A DNA stretch of 63,974 bases, filler included, from a bacterium (GTDB taxonomy: Bacteria; JALSQH01): assembly GCA_027004335.1 (NCBI GenBank). It is 12 parts of 12 records of this genome, joined end to end, with 100 filler letters (N's around TTAATTAATTAA, not from the genome) between each part and the next. Parts side by side here need not be neighbours in the genome. Positions count along the whole stretch, not along the records: positions 22,730 to 32,276 come from JALTID010000145.1; positions 32,377 to 35,590 come from JALTID010000146.1; positions 35,691 to 38,899 come from JALTID010000147.1; positions 39,000 to 42,174 come from JALTID010000148.1; 8 more parts are not named here. One strand, written 5' to 3'. Within the stretch, counting starts at the first letter, position 1. Every line of letters begins with the position of its first letter. The notes beneath the pieces are model-generated. The model ran no database searches and was not told the DNA's origin. It saw nothing but the letters and a program-made list of their open reading frames with translations. Both the position numbers and the translations under genes were made by a program. Shown here in pieces: positions 30,894-40,494 of the stretch.

Positions 30894-32084
30894 TCAAGGT
30901 GTGCCATAAACTGCAACAGCAGCCACAGAACCAGGACCACCTAAGTTATGGATCAATCCAAGTTTTGGATTTTTAACCTGCATCTTCTCCGCTCTACCAA
31001 GAAGCTGCTGGTATATCTGATAAGTCATTCTTACCCCGGTGGCACCAATTGGATGTCCGCAGGATTTCAGCCCTCCACTGGTATTAATAGGTAACCTACC
31101 ATCAAGGGCAGTAACTCCCTCTCTTATAAAGGTTGCGCCCTTTCCTTTCTCAACAAAAAATAGATCTTCATAGTTGATTATCTCTGTAATTGTGAAACAA
31201 TCATGAACCTCCGCTACCCCAATTTCCTCAGCAGGATTTTTTATTCCCGCTTCCTCATAGGCCATCTTTGCTGCCATCTGAGTGGAACGGAAACCGATGT
31301 ACTGCTCGTAGGGATCAAAGTATCTGGCATCAGTAGTTATTGATAATCCGATTGATTTAATAAGTACATAATCTCCATTGGGTTTAAGAGATTTTGCAAT
31401 CTCAGGGGTCGTCACAATTGCTGCTGCTGCACCATCAGCCACTGTGCTGCAATCATACAGACCCAGAGGATCAGCTATCATATATGCATTCATAACAGTA
31501 TCAATATCAACCACCTTTCTTATATGAGCCTTTGGGTTAAGACTCCCATTGTAATGATTTTTTACCGCCACCTTGGCAAGATCCTCCTTTGTTGTACCAA
31601 ATTCGTGAAAATGCCTGTTAGCCATAAGTGCAAACATACCAGGGGCAGTCTGGCCTTTACCAACCACAGGATGCCCATTGAGCAGAGTCTGCCTTATAAG
31701 GCTATCTCTGGAGCCAACATCTCTCATCTTCTCCTCACCCAGGACAAGAACCATCTTATATAGACCAGCAGCAATGGCATTTGCAGCGTTTCTCAAAGCA
31801 TCCATACCTGTAGCACAGTAATTGGAAACTCTTGTAGATGGCCTATCCCACAGGCCCAGTGCCTCGGCGAGGTATGACCCTGCCATTCCCTGAAATCCAC
31901 CAGCCATGTTGGGCTCAAAAACACCTACCCACATTGCTTCTATCTCTTTTGGGTCTATGCCAGCATCCTGAATCGCTTCTACATACGCCTCCACAGCTAA
32001 GTCAACAAAACCAGCATCAAACCTGTCACCAAGTTTTGTCTGGCCCATTCCTATTATTGCAGCTCTGTCTTTTAAACCCTGCAT
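30894..32084 (-). CDS. Thiolase, SCP2/archaeal-type
   Basis: NYCATG, AVKNH.NG..NP.AH, EVHDCFT, GGLKSCGHPIGATG, HNLGG. Confidence 0.92.
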   Translation of the reverse strand: MQGLKDRAAIIGMGQTKLGDRFDAGFVDLAVEAYVEAIQDAGIDPKEIEAMWVGVFEPNMAGGFQGMAGSYLAEALGLWDRPSTRVSNYCATGMDALRNAANAIAAGLYKMVLVLGEEKMRDVGSRDSLIRQTLLNGHPVVGKGQTAPGMFALMANRHFHEFGTTKEDLAKVAVKNHYNGSLNPKAHIRKVVDIDTVMNAYMIADPLGLYDCSTVADGAAAAIVTTPEIAKSLKPNGDYVLIKSIGLSITTDARYFDPYEQYIGFRSTQMAAKMAYEEAGIKNPAEEIGVAEVHDCFTITEIINYEDLFFVEKGKGATFIREGVTALDGRLPINTSGGLKSCGHPIGATGVRMTYQIYQQLLGRAEKMQVKNPKLGLIHNLGGPGSVAAVAVYGTP

Positions 32085-32095
32085 AATTTGCCTCC

Positions 32096-32276
32096 TTATT
32101 TATTTCCTCTAATAGGTCTTGCTTTCCAGTAATAATTGTAAAATCCTTTAGCTGTATGAAAAATTCTAAAGGTTAGTTCCACCTCTTTATCTATCAGGCT
32201 CGCTCCTCTTTCTGCCCAGTCCGGTGGAAGATCAGTTAGCTGGGTGAAGGTTCTACCCCCACCTTCAAAATCCACC
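32096..32276 (-). CDS. C-terminus of an OB-fold (DUF35) protein, possibly an HMG-CoA-synthase-like fusion (partial)
   Basis: Manual translation VDFEGGGRTFTQLTD...EVELTFR.FHTAKGFYNYYWKARP; immediately upstream of the thiolase. Confidence 0.75.
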
Positions 32277-32376
32277 NNNNNNNNNNNNNNNNNNNNNNNN
32301 NNNNNNNNNNNNNNNNNNNNTTAATTAATTAANNNNNNNNNNNNNNNNNNNNNNNNNNNNNNNNNNNNNNNNNNNN

Positions 32377-33573
32377 GGTAGGGAAGGGTGGGTTAGAAGG
32401 GACTGGCAGGTTAATATTTTTAGTATGCTGACGATAAAAAGTAAGTGCATCAAAATAAAACTTCTGAGGAACATCTTTGGAAAGAGGGAGTTTCAATATA
32501 GAAAAGCCTATGAATTTAATCGGGGGGAGTAAATGAATTTTGAGTTTTCCGTGCGCTAATCCCCAGTTTGTCCATTGTACAATGGTGAGGTCCACTTGAG
32601 TCTTTTTTCCTTGTGCGTCTTCCAGCATAACTTGCACTAAGGGGGCAGTTTCTAATGCGTAACCAGCAGAAAGAAACTTCTTTGCATACCTGAATACCCA
32701 CATTTCTATGGAATCAAATTCTTTCTCTATCACAATAGGATGAGAAGGAATGACCTGAACCCACTGATTTTTCTCAGAAGTGGTGTAAACTAACTTTCCT
32801 ACATATTTATTTTGAAGTTTCTCCTCTTCACTCCTATAAAAATTTACTTCTTTGAACCCTTTAGAATACCTTATTTTCCAACCAGATAGGTCCTCAAAAT
32901 CTACTAATGGAATATCCGGAAAAGCAAAAGTGGATAGAGAAGGGGGTCTTTTACCTATAATTTTTGAAGGGTCAGAGTTGATAGCAGGTTTACTTCCTCC
33001 TTCCTTTCTTTCCATATATTGCTCTATGCCTCCAGGCCATTTTTTAATCTTTACTTCGTCAAACCAGCAGGCACCTTTATCGCTACCTGCACCATATCCA
33101 GTAGGCACAACTCTGATACTAATAGAAGTTATCTGGGAGGGAATTTCTAAAGCCTTTTCTATCTTTATCCATTTTCCTACTTCTTGCACCAATCCAATTT
33201 TTGCTGTGCCTGCAAATTTTCCCTCTTTATTCCAGAGGACAATATCTACTAAAACCGGTTTGGAAAACTCAGGAGCTATTTTTACCCATATTCCTACTGA
33301 ATAAACTCCTCCCGGTTTCACTTTAATGCGTAAGGTGTTTGCCTGACCAACTCTTTCTCCAAGGTCTGTTACCTTAGCAGATTTTTCTCCTTTATATTTT
33401 TCCTTACTGTCTATCACAAGAGTTGCTGCATTTGCTCTCCACTTACCCAAATTTTCCTCAAAACTTTCTTTGTAAATTAGCTCAGGCTTTTTCTCGTCTT
33501 TTCCCAAAGTTTTTCCTGGAATTATAATAGACAAGAGACTAATTATTAAGAGACTTTTCAGAATAGAAGACAT
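32377..33573 (-). CDS. Exported protein with CBM4/9-like carbohydrate-binding domains, 3' truncated
   Basis: Signal peptide; SFEE...W, YKGEKSAKV, VKPGGVYSVGIWVK, CWFDEVKI; second DFEDLSGW...FYFDAL module. Confidence 0.7.
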
Positions 33574-33588
33574 TACTCAGCTCCTTGT

Positions 33589-33620
33589 AAAAGAGCCCCC
33601 TACATTTTGCAGGGGGCTCT
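33589..33620 (-). terminator. Hairpin between the pseudopilin and CBM genes
   Basis: AGAGCCCCCT...AGGGGGCTCT stem with a short T-tract on the minus strand. Confidence 0.65.
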
Positions 33621-33637
33621 CACTACTTTCTCCTTTT

Positions 33638-34378
33638 CTATGGTCCAACCTTTGTTCTGTCAAGCAATTTTTCGCTGTTTTCTACTACATATTCCCAGCG
33701 GTGCCATTCTACATGACCATCATAGTAGAGATAATTTAACCCACCATTGTGCCTATCTCTATCTGCTTTCCGGGCATCAGTGTTTATCCACCCATCTGCA
33801 GCAACAAAATCCAAGCCTGTGACTGGAGCTATATACCACCAATCACTTCCTGTACTTAAACCTCCATTATCATCAATTACATCACCAAGTACAATAGTCC
33901 CTGCACTATCTATTACCTCGGAATCTGTTACAGGGAAGTAGTCTGAGCTACTACTCCCTAAGTAAGGGCTACCAAAAACATTTCTGTTACAAAAGTAACC
34001 ACCATTGGTTTTAGTATTAGTTAAGACAAGCTTCCATTCAGGTCTTGAAGGGCACACAAAAACGTTTACATCGTTCATAAAAGGGTACAGGATATGTGGC
34101 CATTTCATGTCACCAGCAGCTGTAACCCACTTAAAAGGTGGATTAATCTCATCGTACTCGTTTCTGTACATGTGGATGGCAATGTTTATCTGCTTGAGAT
34201 TGTTCTGACATACCGCTGTCCTTGCCTGCTCTCTTGCTCTGTGAAGTGCTGGTAATAACATTGCTGCAAGTATTGCAATAATTGCTATTACAACAAGTAG
34301 CTCAATTAGTGTGAATGCCCAACTCCAACTACCTCTGAAGGTTGAGTATGCTCCGTACATACTACGAATCTTTTTCAT
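33638..34378 (-). CDS. Prepilin-type N-terminal cleavage protein, DUF1559/H-X9-DG family
   Basis: [31 protein letters not shown]...[38 protein letters not shown]. Confidence 0.92.
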   Translation of the reverse strand: MKKIRSMYGAYSTFRGSWSWAFTLIELLVVIAIIAILAAMLLPALHRAREQARTAVCQNNLKQINIAIHMYRNEYDEINPPFKWVTAAGDMKWPHILYPFMNDVNVFVCPSRPEWKLVLTNTKTNGGYFCNRNVFGSPYLGSSSSDYFPVTDSEVIDSAGTIVLGDVIDDNGGLSTGSDWWYIAPVTGLDFVAADGWINTDARKADRDRHNGGLNYLYYDGHVEWHRWEYVVENSEKLLDRTKVGP

Positions 34379-34721
34379 CTTTATCTCACCTCCTTTCCTT
34401 AACCTTTTCAATCTGATTATACATGGAATATTTTCCTTGTCAAGCTTAGAACATGAAATATATTGCTTATCTATCGATATATCTTGTTTGTCATTCAGTT
34501 CTGCTTTCCCTTATTTTCAACAGAAAACACTCACATCTTTCTGCAATGCAGAGATTAAAAATTTCTTAAGGATAAGAAAGAACAAATCTTGAAATGTAGA
34601 TTTCATTTTTTATTCCTTTTTCCATAATTTACACAATTTATTTTATGCTATCTTCAAAAAAATCAAGACTTGACCTTCAAATTTTGGGATGCTGAAGTAA
34701 ACGTAGAAGGAGGGTAAGATT

Positions 34722-35396
34722 ATGTGTTTAACGCGATTTTCAGATTTATTTAAGCTTTTGCTTATCTTTTATCTTTTTTCTCTGATGGGCAAGGTTAATA
34801 CTGCAGCCGAGTACCAATATAAACGTGGTGGGGTATTGTTCTATGCAGGGTTCAACGGCACGCGCGATGCACAGGCTGTTGGAGATGGTAAAGCCCGCCT
34901 GCTTAAAGGAGGTGGCGCTATCACGGCTGATGCATATGACTCGGTGCGTGGCAGTGCTTTGCGGAGTGGAGACGGTATCGGTTATCTGGAGTTCTCCGCT
35001 AAAGGTAATATTCTCCCTGATGAAGGTACTATTGAGATATGGATCAAGCCGGGGAATTGGTCAGATGATGATAATCAGCACCATTATTTTGTAAAAGGTA
35101 TCGGAGCAGGTGGCCTTTATTTTCAGAAAGGAGCTAACACAGTCAGTTACTTCGGAATATGGAATGCTGATGCGAAGGACCCTGGCCATTATAACGGGAG
35201 GGACCCTAATATGGCTGTTCGCGCCTATTCTAGCGAACAGAGAAAGGATAAGTGGCAGCAGTTTTTTCTTATCTGGAAAAAAGGTAAACCTCTACGGTAT
35301 TATCAGGGCTTTTGGCTCAACAATAAGTGGATACTGGTGGATGCCAGTAATCCTCAGGGTCCGCCTGCTCCTGGTTTTGGCAAGCTTGAGAAATAA
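34722..35396 (+). CDS. Exported LamG/concanavalin-like protein, probably truncated
   Basis: Signal peptide; LFYAGFNG, EGTIEIWIKP, W.QFFLIWK; ends abruptly. Confidence 0.55.
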   Translation: MCLTRFSDLFKLLLIFYLFSLMGKVNTAAEYQYKRGGVLFYAGFNGTRDAQAVGDGKARLLKGGGAITADAYDSVRGSALRSGDGIGYLEFSAKGNILPDEGTIEIWIKPGNWSDDDNQHHYFVKGIGAGGLYFQKGANTVSYFGIWNADAKDPGHYNGRDPNMAVRAYSSEQRKDKWQQFFLIWKKGKPLRYYQGFWLNNKWILVDASNPQGPPAPGFGKLEK

Positions 35397-35690
35397 GACA
35401 GCTCTCCTTATATATCGGGCTTGATGATAGAAGGTAAGATGTAATCATCGGTAGGTTACAAAAGATATTTTAAATGAGATGGTGATGAGGATAGATTATC
35501 CCTGATTAAAAGCACCTTTATTGAGCAAGACCGCAATATGTTCTTAATTTTGAGTTGGGAAGTGAGATGAGGAAGTTAAAAAACTAAAATNNNNNNNNNN
35601 NNNNNNNNNNNNNNNNNNNNNNNNNNNNNNNNNNTTAATTAATTAANNNNNNNNNNNNNNNNNNNNNNNNNNNNNNNNNNNNNNNNNNNN

Positions 35691-36401
35691 ACTGTGAATG
35701 GACTTTTGAGAATGGATCTGGAACTTACCCAGATAAATCTTTCCGGAGCACCTCGGATGGTATTTACACTTACCCCTTTTGCCAATATGAAAGTAATATA
35801 CAATGAAATCGCCCCCGAATACAACAATGTAATAACACAGAGTCTTATTCCCTTTTCCATGGCCGTTGTTTCTCAATCGATCTCGGATTATTTCCAAAAA
35901 TTCCCTCTTCCTTTAACAGAATGTATTCAAGGAGCAACTGTAGAAGACTTTAAGACACTAAATGAAGGGGAAAATGAAGACAAAAATATGAACTACTTTA
36001 TAGGACTCATAAATCTCTCCGGGATTATCGATCTTGATAAATTTCTCAATCAGTGCCTGAATGTAGAAAATTTCTCTCTCCCTGTATCAGAAATCCACAT
36101 AGGAACATCACCACCTACTGCGAAAATTTACAGAGTAAATGGAAGCGTCTGGATGAAAAGAGAAAATGGAAAGTGGTGGGAAACACTTCCCCCTGGAACC
36201 TATAGAATTGAGATAATCAGAAACGGAAAAATTGAGGGTTTTTCCTACTCAAAAAAGCTTTCATTTATAACAAAAAAAGAAATTTCAAGAAATAAAAGTG
36301 ATGGAGAAAAGGAAGGATGTACTCAATCAGGATCAATTCCACTTATTCTGATCATCCTTTACCTTATCTTTCTAAAAATATTTGTAAAAGTAAGGGGTTG
36401 A
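35691..36401 (+). CDS. C-terminal part of a surface protein with a Cys-TM-basic sorting tail (MYXO-CTERM-like)
   Basis: Ends KEGCTQSGSIPLILIILYLIFLKIFVKVRG; 5' truncated by spacer. Confidence 0.6.
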   Translation, partial: TVNGLLRMDLELTQINLSGAPRMVFTLTPFANMKVIYNEIAPEYNNVITQSLIPFSMAVVSQSISDYFQKFPLPLTECIQGATVEDFKTLNEGENEDKNMNYFIGLINLSGIIDLDKFLNQCLNVENFSLPVSEIHIGTSPPTAKIYRVNGSVWMKRENGKWWETLPPGTYRIEIIRNGKIEGFSYSKKLSFITKKEISRNKSDGEKEGCTQSGSIPLILIILYLIFLKIFVKVRG

Positions 36402-36426
36402 CAAAAAACTAATTTAACAATAACAT
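36398..36426 (+). promoter_or_regulatory. Putative sigma70 promoter
   Basis: TTGACA-17 nt-TAACAT upstream of the acyltransferase. Confidence 0.5.
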
Positions 36427-36450
36427 TTTAAACAAAAAGCAGGAGATTAT

Positions 36451-37323
36451 ATGGGCAACAAAACACTGGAAAATTTTTGGGATGTCACTCTCACTCCTGA
36501 GGAAAAAGAAAGGTTGGAAAAGATAAAAATAAATGATCTTGGATTCGGATATGATATTTTCGGACTTAATAAAGATTGGCTAAAAACTGCCTACGCTGTG
36601 GTAAAATTGCTCTACCAGCATTATTTCAGAGTGGAAAGTACAGGGATAGAAAACATTCCCAAAGAGGGAAGAGTAATTCTTGCATCCAATCACAGTGGTG
36701 GAATCCCTATTGACGGTGCCATGATAATAATGGATGTTGCTACAAAAATGGAACCGCCCCGTCTGGTAAGAGCCATTGTGGATAACTTTGCAGCAGCAAT
36801 GCCATTCGTTGGTCTTTTTTTCTACCGGGTTGGACAGGTTATTGGCCACCGAAAAAATTTTGAAGTACTTTTAGACAACGATGAAGCAATCTTAGTTTTT
36901 CCGGGAGGAACAAAAGATATTGGAAGACTATTCAAGGACCGATACAACCCTGAAAAATTCAATGTTGGATTCATTGAACTTTCACTTCTCTACAAGGCAC
37001 CCATTGTACCTGTTGCTGTGGTTGGGGCAGAAGAACAACTTCCGGTTATCCATAAGTGGGTAAAACTTGGACAGATATTTGGATCTCCCTATTTCCCCGT
37101 CACACCTCAATTTTTCTTAGGTGGTGGGCCACTCACCAACTTTATACCTTTCCCAAGCAAATACCACATTTATTATGGGGAACCCCTTGAATACTACAAG
37201 TACTTCTCAGAAGACACTGTGGAGAATCCTGAAATGGTCCAAACCCTTGCAGCAGATGTAAGAAGCAAAGTCGTGGAGATGCTCCAGAAAGGCCTTAAAA
37301 AAAGAAAGGGGGTTTTTTACTGA
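36451..37323 (+). CDS. Lysophospholipid acyltransferase (PlsC family)
   Basis: NHSGGIPIDG (HX4D-type), VFPGG, PIVPVAVVGAEE. Confidence 0.9.
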   Translation: MGNKTLENFWDVTLTPEEKERLEKIKINDLGFGYDIFGLNKDWLKTAYAVVKLLYQHYFRVESTGIENIPKEGRVILASNHSGGIPIDGAMIIMDVATKMEPPRLVRAIVDNFAAAMPFVGLFFYRVGQVIGHRKNFEVLLDNDEAILVFPGGTKDIGRLFKDRYNPEKFNVGFIELSLLYKAPIVPVAVVGAEEQLPVIHKWVKLGQIFGSPYFPVTPQFFLGGGPLTNFIPFPSKYHIYYGEPLEYYKYFSEDTVENPEMVQTLAADVRSKVVEMLQKGLKKRKGVFY

Positions 37324-38285
37324 TGGCTATCTCCAAAACCCACAATGTTCTAATAACTGGGATCACAAGTACTCTTGGAAGACAGCTTGCGAGGCTACTC
37401 TACTATGACAAAAGAATAGGCTTTATACTTGGAGTCGCAATAGATGATAGGCCCTTCTATTTTGACGACTTTTCCCCCAATAGATTTCATTATATGAGGG
37501 TTGATCTCACAAAACCAAGACAGGTTAATAATCTCTTTTACAGCGATATATTTAAGGATATGGAAATAGATACAGCAATACACATGGCATTTTTAAATAA
37601 GCCATCCGATGTAGGAGAAAAGAGCCACGAACTTAATGTTGTAGGCACCAAGATGCTCATTGATAAATGCATTGAAACAGGCCAGGTATCAAAATTTATA
37701 TTTAAGAGTAGCCACTTAGTATACAAGATTAGACCCCACAATCCTGTTATTCTTGATGAGGAAGCTGATCTCAATTTTGACAAAGATGCACCTCAATGGA
37801 TAAAAAATAGGGTGGATGCAGATATGATATGCAGAGCTAAAATGGACAATCCCAAAATAAATGTGGTGGTTCTTAGATTCTCAAATATCGTTGGAAGAAA
37901 TATCCACTCTCTAATGAATGCATACCTCTCTTCAAAAGTTGCCTTTTCTATTACAGGATTTGATCCCATGGTTAATTTGATCCATCCCAGAGATGCTATT
38001 TATGCAATACAGCTTGCTATTCACAAAAATGTTAAGGGAGTTTTCAATATAGTAGGAAGGGACACCGCCCCGCTGCATGTTTTTTTAGAGTTAAACAAAA
38101 CAAAAAACAGAGCACTTCCTGAACCCTTACAAAAGATCATCAATGACTGGCAAAAAAAAATGGGAGCCACTGATTTTGATTTTAAAGCAGGAAGAGAGCT
38201 CTTAAAATATGCAGTCCTACTTGACCCAGCTAAAGCTGAAAAGGTTTTAGGATATAAACCAAAACATCATGTAGAATTTGGATAA
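37323..38285 (+). CDS. NAD-dependent epimerase/dehydratase (extended SDR)
   Basis: VLITG...LG, HMAF, NVVGT, VLRFSNIVG, GFDPMVNLIH, GVFNIVG. Confidence 0.82.
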   Translation: MAISKTHNVLITGITSTLGRQLARLLYYDKRIGFILGVAIDDRPFYFDDFSPNRFHYMRVDLTKPRQVNNLFYSDIFKDMEIDTAIHMAFLNKPSDVGEKSHELNVVGTKMLIDKCIETGQVSKFIFKSSHLVYKIRPHNPVILDEEADLNFDKDAPQWIKNRVDADMICRAKMDNPKINVVVLRFSNIVGRNIHSLMNAYLSSKVAFSITGFDPMVNLIHPRDAIYAIQLAIHKNVKGVFNIVGRDTAPLHVFLELNKTKNRALPEPLQKIINDWQKKMGATDFDFKAGRELLKYAVLLDPAKAEKVLGYKPKHHVEFG

Positions 38286-38292
38286 AATAAAT

Positions 38293-38562
38293 TCATTTAT
38301 TCACCTTAGTTGATTTCTTATCCCCATTCACTGATGATTTATTATTCTCCTGAGAACTGCTCTTCTTATGCTCTTCCTTTCTATAAGAGGTGTAATCAGT
38401 TTTATACCAGCCTGACCCTTTTAATATAAAAGAAGTATTAGAGATTAGTCTCTGAACAGGTCCACCACACTTGGGACATGTTTTTATTGGTTCATCTGAT
38501 ATTCTTTGCATCTCTTCAAACTGATACCCACAACTCAGGCATCTGTATTCATAAATGGGCAT
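38293..38562 (-). CDS. FmdB-family zinc ribbon protein
   Basis: [12 protein letters not shown]...CPKCGG...[13 protein letters not shown]. Confidence 0.92.
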   Translation of the reverse strand: MPIYEYRCLSCGYQFEEMQRISDEPIKTCPKCGGPVQRLISNTSFILKGSGWYKTDYTSYRKEEHKKSSSQENNKSSVNGDKKSTKVNK

Positions 38563-38653
38563 CGTGATCCTCCTTTTTATTTAATTTAATCAAAGGAAAC
38601 TTTCTTGCAACTTTGTGTTACAGGGATATTATAAATTAGAAATGGAGGCAGCC

Positions 38654-38857
38654 ATGGGAGAACTTGGTGAGAGCTGTGAAAAACTTGCTGGAATTATGAA
38701 AAGGCTAAGAGAACCTGGAGGATGCCCATGGGATAGAAAACAAACACTTTACACACTAAAAAAATATTTAATTGAAGAATGCTACGAAGTTTTAGAGAAA
38801 ATAGAATATAGAGATTACGATGGATTAAAAGAAGAATTCCTCCTGAGCTATTCTTGA
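38654..38857 (+). pseudogene. mazG: MazG N-terminal fragment (truncated or chimeric)
   Basis: [24 protein letters not shown]...LKEE, then an unrelated tail instead of LGDLL; stop lies about 40 nt before the contig end. Confidence 0.75.
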
Positions 38858-39025
38858 TTGAAAAACAATCTGAAGCAATAGATCTCCTAATTCTTCTTTN
38901 NNNNNNNNNNNNNNNNNNNNNNNNNNNNNNNNNNNNNNNNNNNTTAATTAATTAANNNNNNNNNNNNNNNNNNNNNNNNNNNNNNNNNNNNNNNNNNNNT
39001 TATTACTCCAGAATAGTGACTGGCC

Positions 39026-40489
39026 TTACTTATTCTGTTCATTTTCTTCACCTTTTTCTTTCTTTTCAAGTTCTTTTTCTGTCTTAAAAAGCTTATCAGG
39101 AATAAGGTTGCTCATGGTTGTATGCTTGCTCAGGAAAACCTTTCTACTAACTAACTCGAGCCACAGTACTTTACCCCTGTCACCTATCTTTAACGGCTGA
39201 TGGATCCTAATATCTAAAACTTTTTTACCCTTTTTATTATAAAAAATTATTTTCCCTATAACACCTCTGTCAATCTTATCGTCATAACTATCTAACAACT
39301 CACTTCCATACTGACCATTAAGCCCCGATACAAATTGATACAAGTTATTAGGGTCATATGTATGACCTTTCCTGTCTGCCCATTTCCAATCCTTCGTACG
39401 ATGAAGATGTAATTCCCTCCCAAATTTTCCAATCACAATTCCAGTAATCTGATCAGCAAAAAATTGCGGTAATTTTCTGGATCTCACTTTTTGAATATCA
39501 GGAAATAGATCCTTTACATTGTAATCTTTTATGGTAAAAATCGTAGGATAGCCGCTGATCATTGCATAATATTCATTTCTGGGCTTTGGGAGATGATTTC
39601 CCACAGAGAGAGTCACTTGTTTCATCGTATCAAGATATATTGTTAATTTTTTCTCTGGATCATACAAACCATACCTCGCCAGATCCCTTGGAGAAGGATG
39701 ATTCTTCACAAAATTTATAATGGAGAGATTTTTAATCTTTCTCACAAGGCTCCCCACCTCACCATCATCCGCGTCATCATTTACACTATCATGAACAACC
39801 CATGTAAGAAGCTTCTGTTCAGGTAAACCTGCTTTTTTCACTTCCTCAGGTTCTTTTGGAGATTTTAAATGAGATGCCAGAATATAGTTCTCACCTCCTT
39901 TTTGAACGACCTTTATCTTAACAATCATATTTAGTCCACTAACAGGTGCCGAGTAAAAGATTTTGAAAACCTTTTTATCCCTATAACCACTAATTTTTTC
40001 CCTGAGAGAATACAGGAACCCGGTTCTCACAAGATACACATTATTACTTTCTGGATACTTGACAAATACCTTTGCAGAAGTGGGAAGTCTCCTCCCAATT
40101 TGCAGAGTAACCTCTTTGCCATCAGAAGTTTCAAATGTCACAGAATATTCTGGCTTACTCAGCCCATATATTGAAAGATCAGAAACTTTTGTTAGCTTCC
40201 TTTCATATTTTCTGTCTCTAAAAGCATCAAGAATATTACTCACAGAGTATCTATCCGCATAATCCTCCAGAGGAAAAGTAATCCACCACAGATTCTCCTT
40301 CTTTTTAAAAATAACAGTGGAATTGGGTCTTTTCAAAATTATTTTTTTCAATTTCTTAAAATCAAGTTTTACTATTTTTCTCGTTTCTTCTTCTATATGC
40401 TTTTTTTTCTCTTCTCTTCTGGAAGACCATACAAAATAACCACCAAGGAGGAAAAGGACTATTAGAGCGAGAATTATTCTCTTAAACAT
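39026..40489 (-). CDS. DUF4340-domain protein
   Basis: N-terminal TM; repeated W....P....AD / YGL..P modules; FRDKK-like motif; follows the GldG-like gene. Confidence 0.8.
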   Translation of the reverse strand: MFKRIILALIVLFLLGGYFVWSSRREEKKKHIEEETRKIVKLDFKKLKKIILKRPNSTVIFKKKENLWWITFPLEDYADRYSVSNILDAFRDRKYERKLTKVSDLSIYGLSKPEYSVTFETSDGKEVTLQIGRRLPTSAKVFVKYPESNNVYLVRTGFLYSLREKISGYRDKKVFKIFYSAPVSGLNMIVKIKVVQKGGENYILASHLKSPKEPEEVKKAGLPEQKLLTWVVHDSVNDDADDGEVGSLVRKIKNLSIINFVKNHPSPRDLARYGLYDPEKKLTIYLDTMKQVTLSVGNHLPKPRNEYYAMISGYPTIFTIKDYNVKDLFPDIQKVRSRKLPQFFADQITGIVIGKFGRELHLHRTKDWKWADRKGHTYDPNNLYQFVSGLNGQYGSELLDSYDDKIDRGVIGKIIFYNKKGKKVLDIRIHQPLKIGDRGKVLWLELVSRKVFLSKHTTMSNLIPDKLFKTEKELEKKEKGEENEQNK

Positions 40490-40494
40490 GAAAA

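Noticed and set aside
38594-38609. Sigma54 promoter (GG-N10-GC) upstream of mazG
   Set aside because: Spacing fits but the -24 element (AGGAAAC) is a poor match to TGGCAC; not supportable alone.
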